A DNA stretch of 64,000 nucleotides, from positions 1,536,001 through 1,600,000 of the forward strand of contig OZ244034.1 of assembly GCA_965215185.1 (NCBI GenBank). Direction: 5' to 3'. This DNA comes from Acidimicrobiia bacterium. Lineage in GTDB: Bacteria > Actinomycetota > Acidimicrobiia > Spongiisociales > ZC4RG35. Below the pieces are notes generated by a model. That model was not told the DNA's origin and searched no databases. It saw only the letters and a list, made by a program, of their open reading frames with translations. A program made the position numbers and the translations under genes. Shown here piece by piece: positions 10,682 to 20,222 of this stretch; position 1 is the stretch's first letter; each line of letters begins with the position of its first letter.

Positions 10682-10868
10682 ACAACAACGCCCCCGGCGG
10701 GATTCCGAGATGTCGGAATTGTGTCCACTACGACGGTCAAAATCCTAGTGATGCGACTCGGCACATGCCAACGAGGCTAGTGGAAGCGCACCTGGAGACG
10801 TTCGCTGCACACTGGGGCACCCCTCTAGCTTCGTTTATGAAGGCTCTTGTATGTAGGCGTGTGGCGCC

Positions 10869-10962
10869 CAAATATGGAGAGGGGTGGCAGCCGGTGTGCT
10901 TGCCCATCGCTTGGGACGCAATCGGCACGGGCCAAACGCTCAGGCCCGGGACAGCATATTTG
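10869..10962 (+). promoter_or_regulatory. Glycine-riboswitch-like aptamer (variant or degenerate singlet)
   Basis: caaatatg/catatttg closing stem, GGAGAG, P2-like ggtggca/tgcccatc, GCAA, ggc-acgg-gcc, AAACGCTCAGG, GAC; the core CCGAAGG reads CTTGGGA. Confidence 0.5.
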
Positions 10963-11019
10963 TATAGTGGCGTATAGTTCCGGTGAGGGCTTCAGGACTC
11001 GAGACAGGAAAGGAGCCCC

Positions 11020-12600
11020 TTGCAGTACGGTTTCGTTATCGACCAGACGGCCTGTATCGGCTGTCACGCCTGTACGGTGGCGTGCAAGACCGAGCACGAT
11101 GTTCCGCTCGGCGTGAACCGCACTTGGGTGAAATACATCGAGGCGGGAACCTGGCCCGACACCAAGCGGTCGTTCTCGGTAATGAGGTGCAACCACTGCT
11201 CCGACGCCCCTTGCGTGTCGATCTGCCCTACTGGCGCCCTCTTCCGCCGGCCTGACGGAATCGTCGACTTCGATACCAGCCTGTGTATCGGCTGCAAGAG
11301 TTGCATGCAGGCCTGTCCCTACGACGCGCTGTACATCGATCCCCTGGACCATACCGCCCAGAAGTGCAACTACTGCGTGCACCGCGTCGAGGTGGGACTG
11401 GAACCCGCCTGCGTGGTGGTGTGCCCCGAAGGCGCCATAATTTCGGGCGACGTCGACGATCCGACCACGCCGATCTCGCGCCTCCTGGCCGCCGAGCAAC
11501 TGCTTCAGCGGTCCCCGGAGCAGGGTACGAGGCCCAACCTCTGGTACCGGGGAGTGGAGAAAGCCGCTATCGACCCCTTGGGCGCCGTCGACCCAGGGGA
11601 CGGGGGAATCTGGCGTGACCCGGCCCCGTCGTTCATGACGATCGACCTGACCCCGTCGACAGCGAGGCGGGACAACGGAGGGAGTAGAAAGTTTGTTCCG
11701 TCACATCACGAACGGGCCGATGACCCTCCTCGGGTCGTGTACAACACCGACCACCCGATGCCGTGGGGATGGCGGGTGTCGAGTTACTTCCTCACCAAAG
11801 GGATCTCGGCGGGGATCGTCATGGCGCTGGCGCTGTCACTTCTCTTCGGGGCCGACCCCCAGAGCGCTTTCGCCAGGTGGGGCGCTCCGCTTATAGCCGG
11901 GATCTTCCTCGCCCTCACCGGCGTGCTGCTGGTGGCGGACCTCAAGCGGCCCGACCGCTTCTACTACCTCATGACGAAGGGAAAGACTGGATCATGGCTG
12001 GTGAAGGGTGCCTGGATACTCACCGCCGATGCGGTGATCCTCGGTCTGTGGTTCTTGTTCGGTCTCACCGGCGCCAGTTTCGTCCCGGTGTTCATCTGGG
12101 CGGCGGCGGCGGTCGGCTTGGGGGTAGCCGGCTACACCGCTTTCCTGTTCGGCCAGGCGGAGGGCCGGGATCTCTGGCAGAGTCCGACGCTGTTGTGGCA
12201 CATGCTGGCCGGGGCGCTGGCGGTGGGCGGCGGTGCGGGGCTGCTGGCCGCCGGGATTTTCGATCTCGGGGTTTCGTCCCGGCGGGCTTTCTCCTGGGCT
12301 CTGGTTGTCGGTGCGGCAGCGCTCGCCCTCGTCGCCACAGTCGAGATTGTCTCCAAGCATCCAACCGCCAATCACGCCGCGGGCATGCATCACTTGACAA
12401 AGGGCGCCTATGCAAGGGAGTGGTGGCTCGGAGGACAGGTGATCGGAGTGGTGGCGTCCTTGGGGCTGGGCGTGGCATTCTTGTTCGGCGCGGGCGTCCC
12501 GCTCTGGGTATCTCAACTGGGAGGACTGGCAGCCCTGGTCGGCATCTGGTTCGCCGACGACGCCTTCGTCAAGGCGGGCCAGAGCGTGCCCCTGTCGTGA
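11020..12600 (+). CDS. Fused 4Fe-4S dicluster (NrfC/DmsB) plus NrfD/PsrC membrane subunit
   Basis: CIGCHACTVAC, CNHCSDAPCVSICP, CIGCKSCMQACP, KCNYC..ACVVVCP; then PWGWRVSSYFLTKG, DLKRPDRF and several TM helices. Confidence 0.92.
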   Translation: MQYGFVIDQTACIGCHACTVACKTEHDVPLGVNRTWVKYIEAGTWPDTKRSFSVMRCNHCSDAPCVSICPTGALFRRPDGIVDFDTSLCIGCKSCMQACPYDALYIDPLDHTAQKCNYCVHRVEVGLEPACVVVCPEGAIISGDVDDPTTPISRLLAAEQLLQRSPEQGTRPNLWYRGVEKAAIDPLGAVDPGDGGIWRDPAPSFMTIDLTPSTARRDNGGSRKFVPSHHERADDPPRVVYNTDHPMPWGWRVSSYFLTKGISAGIVMALALSLLFGADPQSAFARWGAPLIAGIFLALTGVLLVADLKRPDRFYYLMTKGKTGSWLVKGAWILTADAVILGLWFLFGLTGASFVPVFIWAAAAVGLGVAGYTAFLFGQAEGRDLWQSPTLLWHMLAGALAVGGGAGLLAAGIFDLGVSSRRAFSWALVVGAAALALVATVEIVSKHPTANHAAGMHHLTKGAYAREWWLGGQVIGVVASLGLGVAFLFGAGVPLWVSQLGGLAALVGIWFADDAFVKAGQSVPLS

Positions 12601-12622
12601 ACGAAAAGGAAAGTCACCGAAC

Positions 12623-15367
12623 ATGACCAAACCACCGGAACAGCCCCCTTCGGACCGACTGCCTCGACTGGTTCCCGGGATGGGTCTCGTGTCCTTCCCA
12701 CCCACCAAATCGTGGGATGACTGGGAGGAGTACGACGCCAAGGCGTGGCCCGATCGGGTCAAACGCCGGTACCGCCTGGTGCCGACCACCTGTTTCAACT
12801 GCGAGGCCGGGTGCGGGTTGCTGGCCTACGTTGACAAGGACAGCGGCAAGGTCCGGCGTTTCGAGGGCAACCCCGAGCACCCGGGGTCGAGAGGTCGCAA
12901 TTGCGCGAAGGGTCCGGCGACCCTGAATCAGATGTACGACCCGGAGCGGATTCTTCACCCGCTACGCAGATCCGGGCCGCGAGGCGGGGGCGAATGGGAG
13001 CAGGTCTCCTGGGAGGAGGCGCTCGGGGATATATCGTCGCGAATCCGGAGGGCGCTGATCGAGGACCGTCACGACGAGATCATGTACCACGTGGGACGGC
13101 CAGGAGAGGACGGCTTCATGGAACGGGTCCTGCGGTCCTGGGGGGTGGACGGGCACAATACCCACACCAACATCTGCTCGTCGGGGGCCCGCACCGGCTA
13201 CGCCATGTGGATGGGTTACGACCGCCCCTCCGCCGATTTCGCCAATGCCCGGTTCATCCTTCTTCTTTCCGCCCAGCTCGAGTCCGGTCACTACTTCAAC
13301 CCTCACGCCCAACGGATCATCGAGGCTCGGCAGGCGGGGGCGAAGTTGGCCACCATCGATCCGCGCCTCTCCAACACCGCATCGATGTCCGACTACTGGC
13401 TCTCGCCATGGCCCGGTACCGAAGCGGCGATGTTGCTGGCCATCGCGGCCCGGCTGCTGGAGTGGGACGCCGTCGACCATGACTACGTCCGCAAGTGGGT
13501 CAACTGGGAGGCTTCGCTGCAAGCGCGGGCGCCCGAGCGGCCCCGCACCTACGAGAGCTTTGTCGAGTTGCTGCGGGAAACCTATGCCGCCTACACGATC
13601 GAGTTCGCCGCCGAGGAAAGCGGCGTCGACGCCTGGCGTATCGAAGCCGTGGCCCGGGGTATAGCCGACGCCGGATCCCGTTTCGCCTCCCACACCTGGA
13701 GATCCGCCGGATCGGGCAACCTGGGAGGCTGGCAGGTGGCTCGCTGCCTCTTCTTCCTGCACGTGCTGACCGGGTCGGTCGGAACGGAAGGTGGTACCTC
13801 CCCGAGCGCTTGGGACAAGTTCAAGCCCGACCACTGGAACACGCCGCCCCCGGCCAATCGTTGGAACGAAATGATCTGGCCGGGCGAGTTCCCCCTCAGT
13901 CACTACGAGATGAGTTACCTGCTGCCTCACTTCCTGAAGGAAGGGAGGGGGCGTCTGGATGTCTACTTCACCCGGACCTACAACCCCGTGTGGACCAACC
14001 CCGACGGGTTCACCTGGATCGAGGCCCTCACCGACGAGGACCGGGTCGGCCTTCATGTGGCGCTCACCCCCACCTGGTCGGAGTCAGCGTGGTTCGCCGA
14101 CTACGTACTGCCCATGGGGGTCAGCTCCGAACGGCACGACACCCACTCCTACGAGACCCACGCGGCTCGGTGGCTGGGGTTCCGCCAGCCGGTGCTCCGG
14201 GTGGCCGGAGAGCGGGCCGGGAACCAGTACGAGCGCACCTACGAGGCCAACCCGGGAGAGGTGTGGGAGGAGAACGAATTCTGGATTGACCTGTCGTGGC
14301 GGATCGATCCCGATGGGTCGCTCGGGATCCGCAAGTGGTACGAGTCTCCCAACGACCCGTCCCGCCCCATCAGTGTCGACGAGTACTACGGGTGGATGTT
14401 CGACAACTCGGTTCCCGGACTTCCCGAAACGGCCAACCAGGAAGGCCTCACTCCGCTGCAGTACATGCGCAAGTACGGCGCATACGAGATCGACCGTGAC
14501 CGGTACCTTTTGAATGAAGCGGCGGCAGCCCCCGATGAGCCCGGCGTGGAGGTCGACGGAGAACGCAAAAGCGGCTTCACTTCCCCCTCCCGTCTCCTGG
14601 AATGGCACTCGGAGACGCTCAAGGACTGGAACTGGCCCGATGCGACCATCCCCACCTACCTCAAGTCCCATGTCTACTGGCGGGATCTCGACCTGGAGGG
14701 CAACCAGCGCATCCTGCTTCCAACCTTCCGACTCCCCACCCTGATCCATACCCGATCGGGCAACGCCAAATACCTGTACGAGATCAGTCACGGTCACCCG
14801 CTGTGGATGAACCCGATCGACGCCGACCAACTCGGATTCGACACCGGCGACCTGGTCCGGATCAGCACCGACATCGGCTACTTTATCATGCGGGCCTGGC
14901 GCACCGAGGGCTTGCGACCCGGAGTGGTGGCGGCCTCCCATCACATGGGCCGCTGGCGGCTGGACCCCAAGATAGGCAACGAGCGCTGGTCATCGGCCCT
15001 GGTTGACATCGGACGCAGCGACGGCGGGTGGCTACTGCGGCACAAGTCGGGTATCGAACCCTTCAAGTCGGACGATCCCGACAGCGAGCGCATCTGGTGG
15101 CGGGACCCGGGAGTGCACCAGAACCTGGCCTTCCCCGTACATCCCGACCCGGTGTCGGGCATGCACGCCTGGCACCAGCGGGTCCGCCTCACGGCGGCCG
15201 AAAAAGGGGACCGCTATGGGGATGTCTTTGTCGACACCGAAAGATCCCACCAGATCTACCGCGAGTGGATGGACAATACCCGTCCCGGACCTGGGCCCGG
15301 GGGCCTGCGCCGGCCCCGTTGGCTCGGCAGGCCACTGCCGCCTCTTCCCGACGCCTACCAGACCTGA
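12623..15367 (+). CDS. Molybdopterin-dependent oxidoreductase catalytic subunit (DMSO reductase superfamily)
   Basis: CFNCEAGC..NCAKG Fe4S4 motif, RILHPLRR, SWEEAL, HTNICSS, DPRLSNTA, ADYVLP, HTRS; no Tat signal seen. Confidence 0.93.
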   Translation: MTKPPEQPPSDRLPRLVPGMGLVSFPPTKSWDDWEEYDAKAWPDRVKRRYRLVPTTCFNCEAGCGLLAYVDKDSGKVRRFEGNPEHPGSRGRNCAKGPATLNQMYDPERILHPLRRSGPRGGGEWEQVSWEEALGDISSRIRRALIEDRHDEIMYHVGRPGEDGFMERVLRSWGVDGHNTHTNICSSGARTGYAMWMGYDRPSADFANARFILLLSAQLESGHYFNPHAQRIIEARQAGAKLATIDPRLSNTASMSDYWLSPWPGTEAAMLLAIAARLLEWDAVDHDYVRKWVNWEASLQARAPERPRTYESFVELLRETYAAYTIEFAAEESGVDAWRIEAVARGIADAGSRFASHTWRSAGSGNLGGWQVARCLFFLHVLTGSVGTEGGTSPSAWDKFKPDHWNTPPPANRWNEMIWPGEFPLSHYEMSYLLPHFLKEGRGRLDVYFTRTYNPVWTNPDGFTWIEALTDEDRVGLHVALTPTWSESAWFADYVLPMGVSSERHDTHSYETHAARWLGFRQPVLRVAGERAGNQYERTYEANPGEVWEENEFWIDLSWRIDPDGSLGIRKWYESPNDPSRPISVDEYYGWMFDNSVPGLPETANQEGLTPLQYMRKYGAYEIDRDRYLLNEAAAAPDEPGVEVDGERKSGFTSPSRLLEWHSETLKDWNWPDATIPTYLKSHVYWRDLDLEGNQRILLPTFRLPTLIHTRSGNAKYLYEISHGHPLWMNPIDADQLGFDTGDLVRISTDIGYFIMRAWRTEGLRPGVVAASHHMGRWRLDPKIGNERWSSALVDIGRSDGGWLLRHKSGIEPFKSDDPDSERIWWRDPGVHQNLAFPVHPDPVSGMHAWHQRVRLTAAEKGDRYGDVFVDTERSHQIYREWMDNTRPGPGPGGLRRPRWLGRPLPPLPDAYQT

Positions 15368-15471
15368 GGGGCCCTACGACACTCGACAAGCCATGCGCAT
15401 GGCCGAGAAGCGACTCACACCCTGTCGAGGCAGGGGTTAACCAACACCCAAGGGTTGTTCCGGTCCCAAAG

Positions 15472-16080
15472 TCACGTCTGGTTTGGTTGCTGGGAGAGCA
15501 TGTTCGCCAGTGCCCGCAGGGCACGTCCCCGATGCGAAATCCGGTTTTTCTCGGTGGCTGTCATCTCGGCCAGAGTCCGCTCCCCCACTTCAAACACCGG
15601 GTCGTATCCGAACCCGCCCTCCCCTCTGGCAACTCGCGTGATCCTGCCTACCAGGACACCCTCGGCCACCAAGAACCGTCCGTTTGGCCACGCCAGCACA
15701 GCGACGGTGCGAAATCGCGCAGACCGATCCAACTTGCCGTCCATCTGCCTGAGCAACTGAGCAGTGTTGTGGTCATAGGTGACGTTCTCTCCGGCATACC
15801 GGGCCGAACGCACCCCCGGAGCTCCTCCCAGAGACTTCACCTCGAGACCGGTGTCGTCCGCTAAGGCTGCAATGCCCGTAGCCTCGACCACCGCCCTGGC
15901 TTTGAGCAGCGCGTTTTCCTCCAGAGTCTCTCCCGTCTCCTCCACGTCGTCCCAGGTGAGGCCGCTGACAATCCGGCCCCCAACCCCAAGTTCCAGCCAG
16001 ATCTTTTCGACCTCAGCGATCTTGTCAGGATTGGCCGACGCTACCACCAGCCGGTCCGGCGCCGAGTTCACTGTATTCAC
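15472..16080 (-). CDS. rdgB: RdgB/HAM1 non-canonical purine NTP pyrophosphatase
   Basis: ASANPDK, EETGETLEENALLKA, ADDTGL, PGVRSARY, GFGYDPVF, KNRISHR. Confidence 0.96.
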   Translation of the reverse strand: MNTVNSAPDRLVVASANPDKIAEVEKIWLELGVGGRIVSGLTWDDVEETGETLEENALLKARAVVEATGIAALADDTGLEVKSLGGAPGVRSARYAGENVTYDHNTAQLLRQMDGKLDRSARFRTVAVLAWPNGRFLVAEGVLVGRITRVARGEGGFGYDPVFEVGERTLAEMTATEKNRISHRGRALRALANMLSQQPNQT

Positions 16081-16790
16081 GACAGGGGGAAGTCAACGGC
16101 TTGCCTCTGTACGGATAGCAATTCAGAGATCCCCTCCTGGGCAAGATCCAACATCTGACTGAGGTCGGCACGGTCGAACAGGGCGCCCTCGGCGCTTCCC
16201 TGCACCTCCACCAGCAGTCCCCTGCCCGACATCACCACATTCATATCCACATCAGCGGTACTGTCATCCGCATAATCCAGGTCGAGAACCACCTCTCCCG
16301 CGACGAGCCCCACCGACACTGCCGCCACCTGATCGAAACCCGCCTCGACATGGGCCATACCTTGCCCAGCCGCCCATCGCAGCGCCTCGGTCATAGCTAA
16401 CCACGCGCCGTTGATCGCCGCTGTCCTGGTTCCTCCATCGGCCTGGATCACGTCACAATCCACCCGGATGGCGAACTCCCCCATAGTCTTCAGATTCACC
16501 ACCGACCGAAGCGAGCGACCTACCAGCCGGGAGATTTCGAGGGCCCGTCCCCGCTGATAGTGATCCCGGCGGACTCTCTGGCTGGAGGACCCGGGGAGCA
16601 TCGCGTATTCGGCGGTCACCCACCCATGACCCCGGCCCGTAATCCACGGAGGGCGCCTTTCTTCCACCGTGGCTGTGCACAACACCATTGTGCTACCCAT
16701 TTCGATCAGAACCGACCCGGGGGTGGCGTCGGTGAAGCCCATCTGCAGCCGGACGGGCCGCAGTTCGTCAAACGGTCGTTTTCTTGTCAT
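16077..16790 (-). CDS. rph: Ribonuclease PH
   Basis: ELRPV, GWVTAEYAMLP, EISRLVGRSLR, DCDVIQADGGTRTA, DLDYADDS..DMN. Confidence 0.96.
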   Translation of the reverse strand: MTRKRPFDELRPVRLQMGFTDATPGSVLIEMGSTMVLCTATVEERRPPWITGRGHGWVTAEYAMLPGSSSQRVRRDHYQRGRALEISRLVGRSLRSVVNLKTMGEFAIRVDCDVIQADGGTRTAAINGAWLAMTEALRWAAGQGMAHVEAGFDQVAAVSVGLVAGEVVLDLDYADDSTADVDMNVVMSGRGLLVEVQGSAEGALFDRADLSQMLDLAQEGISELLSVQRQAVDFPLS

Positions 16791-16813
16791 GTCCCACCAG
16801 GGTGTAGCGAACG

Positions 16814-17563
16814 CTATATACGATAAGCGGCGCCGGGCACCGCCAGTGCCACCGGCCGGTCGAATGTGCGCTCCGCGGCCGATACCGCCCGTGGAGAGTC
16901 GATGTGGGGTGGAATGTGGGTGAGCATCAGCCGCCTAGCCCGTTGCTCTCGGGCAATTTGACCAGCCCTCTCCGCGGATAGGTGATAAGACATTACCCGC
17001 GAGTACGGTTCGGCGCCCATGGAAGCCTCGCACAAGAACAAGTGGGCATCCCGGACAAGTCTGGGCCAGTCGCCCTTGGGACCGGTGTCGGCCGAATAAG
17101 CCATCGCCCGATGGCCATCGCTCCACCGGGAAGCGACAGTGGGAACCGGATGGTCGGCCTTTGCGAAGGAGACCTGCAGACCCCCGATGGTGATCTGTTC
17201 CCCGTCGGCGACGATACGCAGGTCGAACACCTCGGCAAACCGACCGTCGGAGTCCTGGCTTAGAAAGGCCAAGATGGCCGGGAAAACCTCGTCGGGGGCG
17301 TACAGGGGGATAGCCCGACGCGGGTTGGGACCGTAGGCGAAAGCATGATAGGCCGAGATCAGATCCATGCAGTGGTCGGGATGACGGTGGGAAACCACCA
17401 CTGCATCCAAGAGATCAAGGTCAAGACAGCGGGTCAATGCGGCAAAAGTTCCAGGCCCCGCGTCACACCAGACGCGGGTGCTTCCAGCCTCGATCAGATA
17501 CCCGGAAGCAGGATTGGAAGGCGCCGGATAGGTGCCGCTTGATCCGAGGATGGTCAGGCGCAT
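16814..17563 (-). CDS. MBL-fold metallo-hydrolase (RNase Z/BN-like)
   Basis: MRLTILGSSGTYP, DAGPG, SHRHPDH, YSADTG, LTH; usual position before rph. Confidence 0.9.
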   Translation of the reverse strand: MRLTILGSSGTYPAPSNPASGYLIEAGSTRVWCDAGPGTFAALTRCLDLDLLDAVVVSHRHPDHCMDLISAYHAFAYGPNPRRAIPLYAPDEVFPAILAFLSQDSDGRFAEVFDLRIVADGEQITIGGLQVSFAKADHPVPTVASRWSDGHRAMAYSADTGPKGDWPRLVRDAHLFLCEASMGAEPYSRVMSYHLSAERAGQIAREQRARRLMLTHIPPHIDSPRAVSAAERTFDRPVALAVPGAAYRI

Positions 17564-17921
17564 TATGGGACAGACTAGGGTGAGTTGCTTCTGAGACGTA
17601 GCGACACATCGGGTTAATACCAAAGTCTGGTGGGATTCGGAGGTGGATCCTGTTGCTTGGTTACCACATCGGGTAGGAGAGGGCGCCATCGTGGATAATT
17701 GTCATGCCTACCGGTGCCGGTTGGAAGTTTTGCCCTTGGCCCAGAGTTGGAAACGTGGGTGCTGCATGTATCGGCGGAAGTACCAACTGGAGCAGTACAG
17801 ATTCGCTTTCCGAAGACAGGGGGCCGCGTTCGGCAGTAGCCCTTCGCTGCACAGTTTCTTTACAGAGTCCCTGTAGAAACAGCCACTAAGGTGAGAGACA
17901 CGAGTCAAGGAGAGTGAGAAA

Positions 17922-18665
17922 ATGAACTTGTCCAGGACCCTCCGTTGCGGGCTGTCAATCGCCGGACTGACGGTGGTTTTCCTCTTCTTTGTCGCCGCTT
18001 GTGGAGGGGAATCCACCCCCGCTCCCGTGCCAGACGTTGATTTGGGCGAATTGCTTTCCAGTGCGGGAGAGAAAATGGCTGCCATGTCGACGGCGAAATT
18101 CAGCATGATCGACGAAAAGGAATCGGGAGCCAAGTTCTTTGGGACAACTTTCAAGAGCATGGAAACAGAAGTAGAGGCTCCCGACAGCTTCAGGATGGTG
18201 GTGGACGTGGAGGCGCCGGGTTTTGGATTTGTGGAGATCGAAATGTTGGCGGTCGGAGACCAGGCCTACATGAAGCTCTCCAAGGACGCGCCGTGGAACC
18301 CCTTGCCCTTGGACCAAGTGCCTTTCAATTTCGCGGGGTTGGGCTTCACCTTGCGCGATCTGCTTACCACGATCAAGGACGGCGCCACCATTACTGGCCG
18401 GGAGTCCGTGCTGGACACCCAGACCATTCGGGTTGAGGCGAACCTTGTTTCTGACCAGTTGTCATCCCTCCTCTCGACCGTGGATTCGGGTCACGCGGTG
18501 GCCTTGACCTTGTGGATTGACGAAACCGAACACGCTTTGCGGCAGATAAAGATCGCGGGCCGCATCTACGACGACGACGCCCCGGAAACCATCCGTATTC
18601 TAACCATTGTTGGTATTGACGTTCCTGTCGACATCCAACTTCCGGATGTCGGATCCGGGTCGTGA
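17922..18665 (+). CDS. LppX/LprAFG-family lipoprotein
   Basis: Lipobox VAAC; ELLSSAGEKM, beta-rich body, TLWIDE..LRQI, PVDIQLP C-terminus. Confidence 0.7.
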   Translation: MNLSRTLRCGLSIAGLTVVFLFFVAACGGESTPAPVPDVDLGELLSSAGEKMAAMSTAKFSMIDEKESGAKFFGTTFKSMETEVEAPDSFRMVVDVEAPGFGFVEIEMLAVGDQAYMKLSKDAPWNPLPLDQVPFNFAGLGFTLRDLLTTIKDGATITGRESVLDTQTIRVEANLVSDQLSSLLSTVDSGHAVALTLWIDETEHALRQIKIAGRIYDDDAPETIRILTIVGIDVPVDIQLPDVGSGS

Positions 18666-20137
18666 GCGGCGTTAGGAATCGTCTCGCCTCCCTGGGTTCT
18701 TCCGAGTCGGTTGTATTAGGAATTCTTTGCCTGGGAGTATTCTCGACCGCCTTGGATCAGACCGTGGTAGTCGCCGCGTTGCCTGGCGTAATGGTGGATT
18801 TGGAGATCCCCCTCACGGACCTGGACAGGGCGTCTTGGATCGTAACCGGGTATCTGGTGGCCTATACCGTGGCCATGCCATTGGGCGGGCGCCTGTCCGA
18901 TGTCCACGGCCGGGTCAAGATGTTCCAAGTGGCCTTGGTCGTGTTCTCCGTCGGATCGGCGTTCGTGGCGCTGGCGCCGAATTTCGGTTGGATTGTTTCC
19001 GCCAGGGTGGTCCAAGCTATTGGGGGAGGCGCCACGGTCCCCATCGGTCTGGCCATGGCAGTGGCAGCCGTATCGTCGCAGAGAAGGGGAATTGCCATAG
19101 GACTGGTGGCGGCGGCTGCTGAAGCCGGGTCCGTCTTGGGCCCTCTTTATGGAGGCGCCATTATCGAGTTGCTCGGCTGGCGGTGGATATTCTGGCTGGA
19201 CATACCCCAGAGCCTCATTCTTATCGCGCTTCTGGCCATCTTGCCGAACCGCGCCAATCCGAAGGCCAAGATGGACTACTTGGGGGCGTTGGTGATGGGA
19301 GGGGCACTCATCTTTCTAACCGCGGGGCTGTCCCAGAGGGGCCTCTTCTCCGCAACTTCTGTTTTCCCGTATCTGCTGGTGGCCGTGGGAGCACTTCTGG
19401 TCGCCGCATTGGTCGTCCTTGAACGACGCACGGATCAGCCTCTGTTGGCCCCTTTCCTGTACAGGTCCAGGGCGTTCCTGTCCTCCAACTGCACCCAGTT
19501 CCTGGTGGGTGTGGCCTTGATCATTGCTTTGGTATCCGTGCCCCTCATGGCAGGCACCGTCATGGAGAGGACGGGATTGGAGAGTGTCCTCTACTTGCTT
19601 CGCCTTACCGTCGCCATTCCGGTGGGGGCGGTGGTGGGAGGCTACATCCTTCGCTGGGCTGGAGTGCGATCGGTGTGTGTTACGGGCCTGGTGTTGATGG
19701 GAACGGGCCTGTTGTTCATGAGTGGTTGGGAGACGCAGGTGGAGGAACTGAGGCTGACCTTGCCCTTGGTATCGGCGGGTCTGGGATTCGGGCTGGTCAT
19801 CCCTCCTATTGGCGTCAGTGCTCTGAGCGCTTCGCCTAGTAATTATTGGGGCGCGGCGGCCTCTTTGGTCACAGCCTCGCGAATGGTGGGGATGGCGTTG
19901 GGGCTGGCCGCCTTGTCCGCTTGGGGCATAGAGCGCTTCTACAGCCTGACTGGCGACTTCGAGCTTGGACCGTCGTTCGAAGAGACCGAGGCAGTGTTGA
20001 TAGGCGCCGGCGTCACCGTGTTTCAGAACCTCTTCATGATCACGGGGGTTCTTTCCCTATTGGCCATCCTGCCGGCCCTGCTGATAAGAGAAGAACATGT
20101 CGAAGAAGACACATTTACCAACGAAGAGAGCCAGTAA
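18662..20137 (+). CDS. DHA2-type 14-TM MFS transporter (P55/Rv1410c-like)
   Basis: ALDQTVV, WIVTGYLVAY..MPLGGRLSDVHGR, ARVVQAIGGGA, GSVLGPLYG; GTGA overlap with the lipoprotein gene. Confidence 0.9.
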   Translation: MSGVRNRLASLGSSESVVLGILCLGVFSTALDQTVVVAALPGVMVDLEIPLTDLDRASWIVTGYLVAYTVAMPLGGRLSDVHGRVKMFQVALVVFSVGSAFVALAPNFGWIVSARVVQAIGGGATVPIGLAMAVAAVSSQRRGIAIGLVAAAAEAGSVLGPLYGGAIIELLGWRWIFWLDIPQSLILIALLAILPNRANPKAKMDYLGALVMGGALIFLTAGLSQRGLFSATSVFPYLLVAVGALLVAALVVLERRTDQPLLAPFLYRSRAFLSSNCTQFLVGVALIIALVSVPLMAGTVMERTGLESVLYLLRLTVAIPVGAVVGGYILRWAGVRSVCVTGLVLMGTGLLFMSGWETQVEELRLTLPLVSAGLGFGLVIPPIGVSALSASPSNYWGAAASLVTASRMVGMALGLAALSAWGIERFYSLTGDFELGPSFEETEAVLIGAGVTVFQNLFMITGVLSLLAILPALLIREEHVEEDTFTNEESQ

Positions 20138-20222
20138 TCGAAGGGACTTATATACCTAGGTTGACAACCAGCCACCCCTTTTGTCGCAGGGGTGGGATAT
20201 TTTTAGGATCGTGGTTCCTTGG

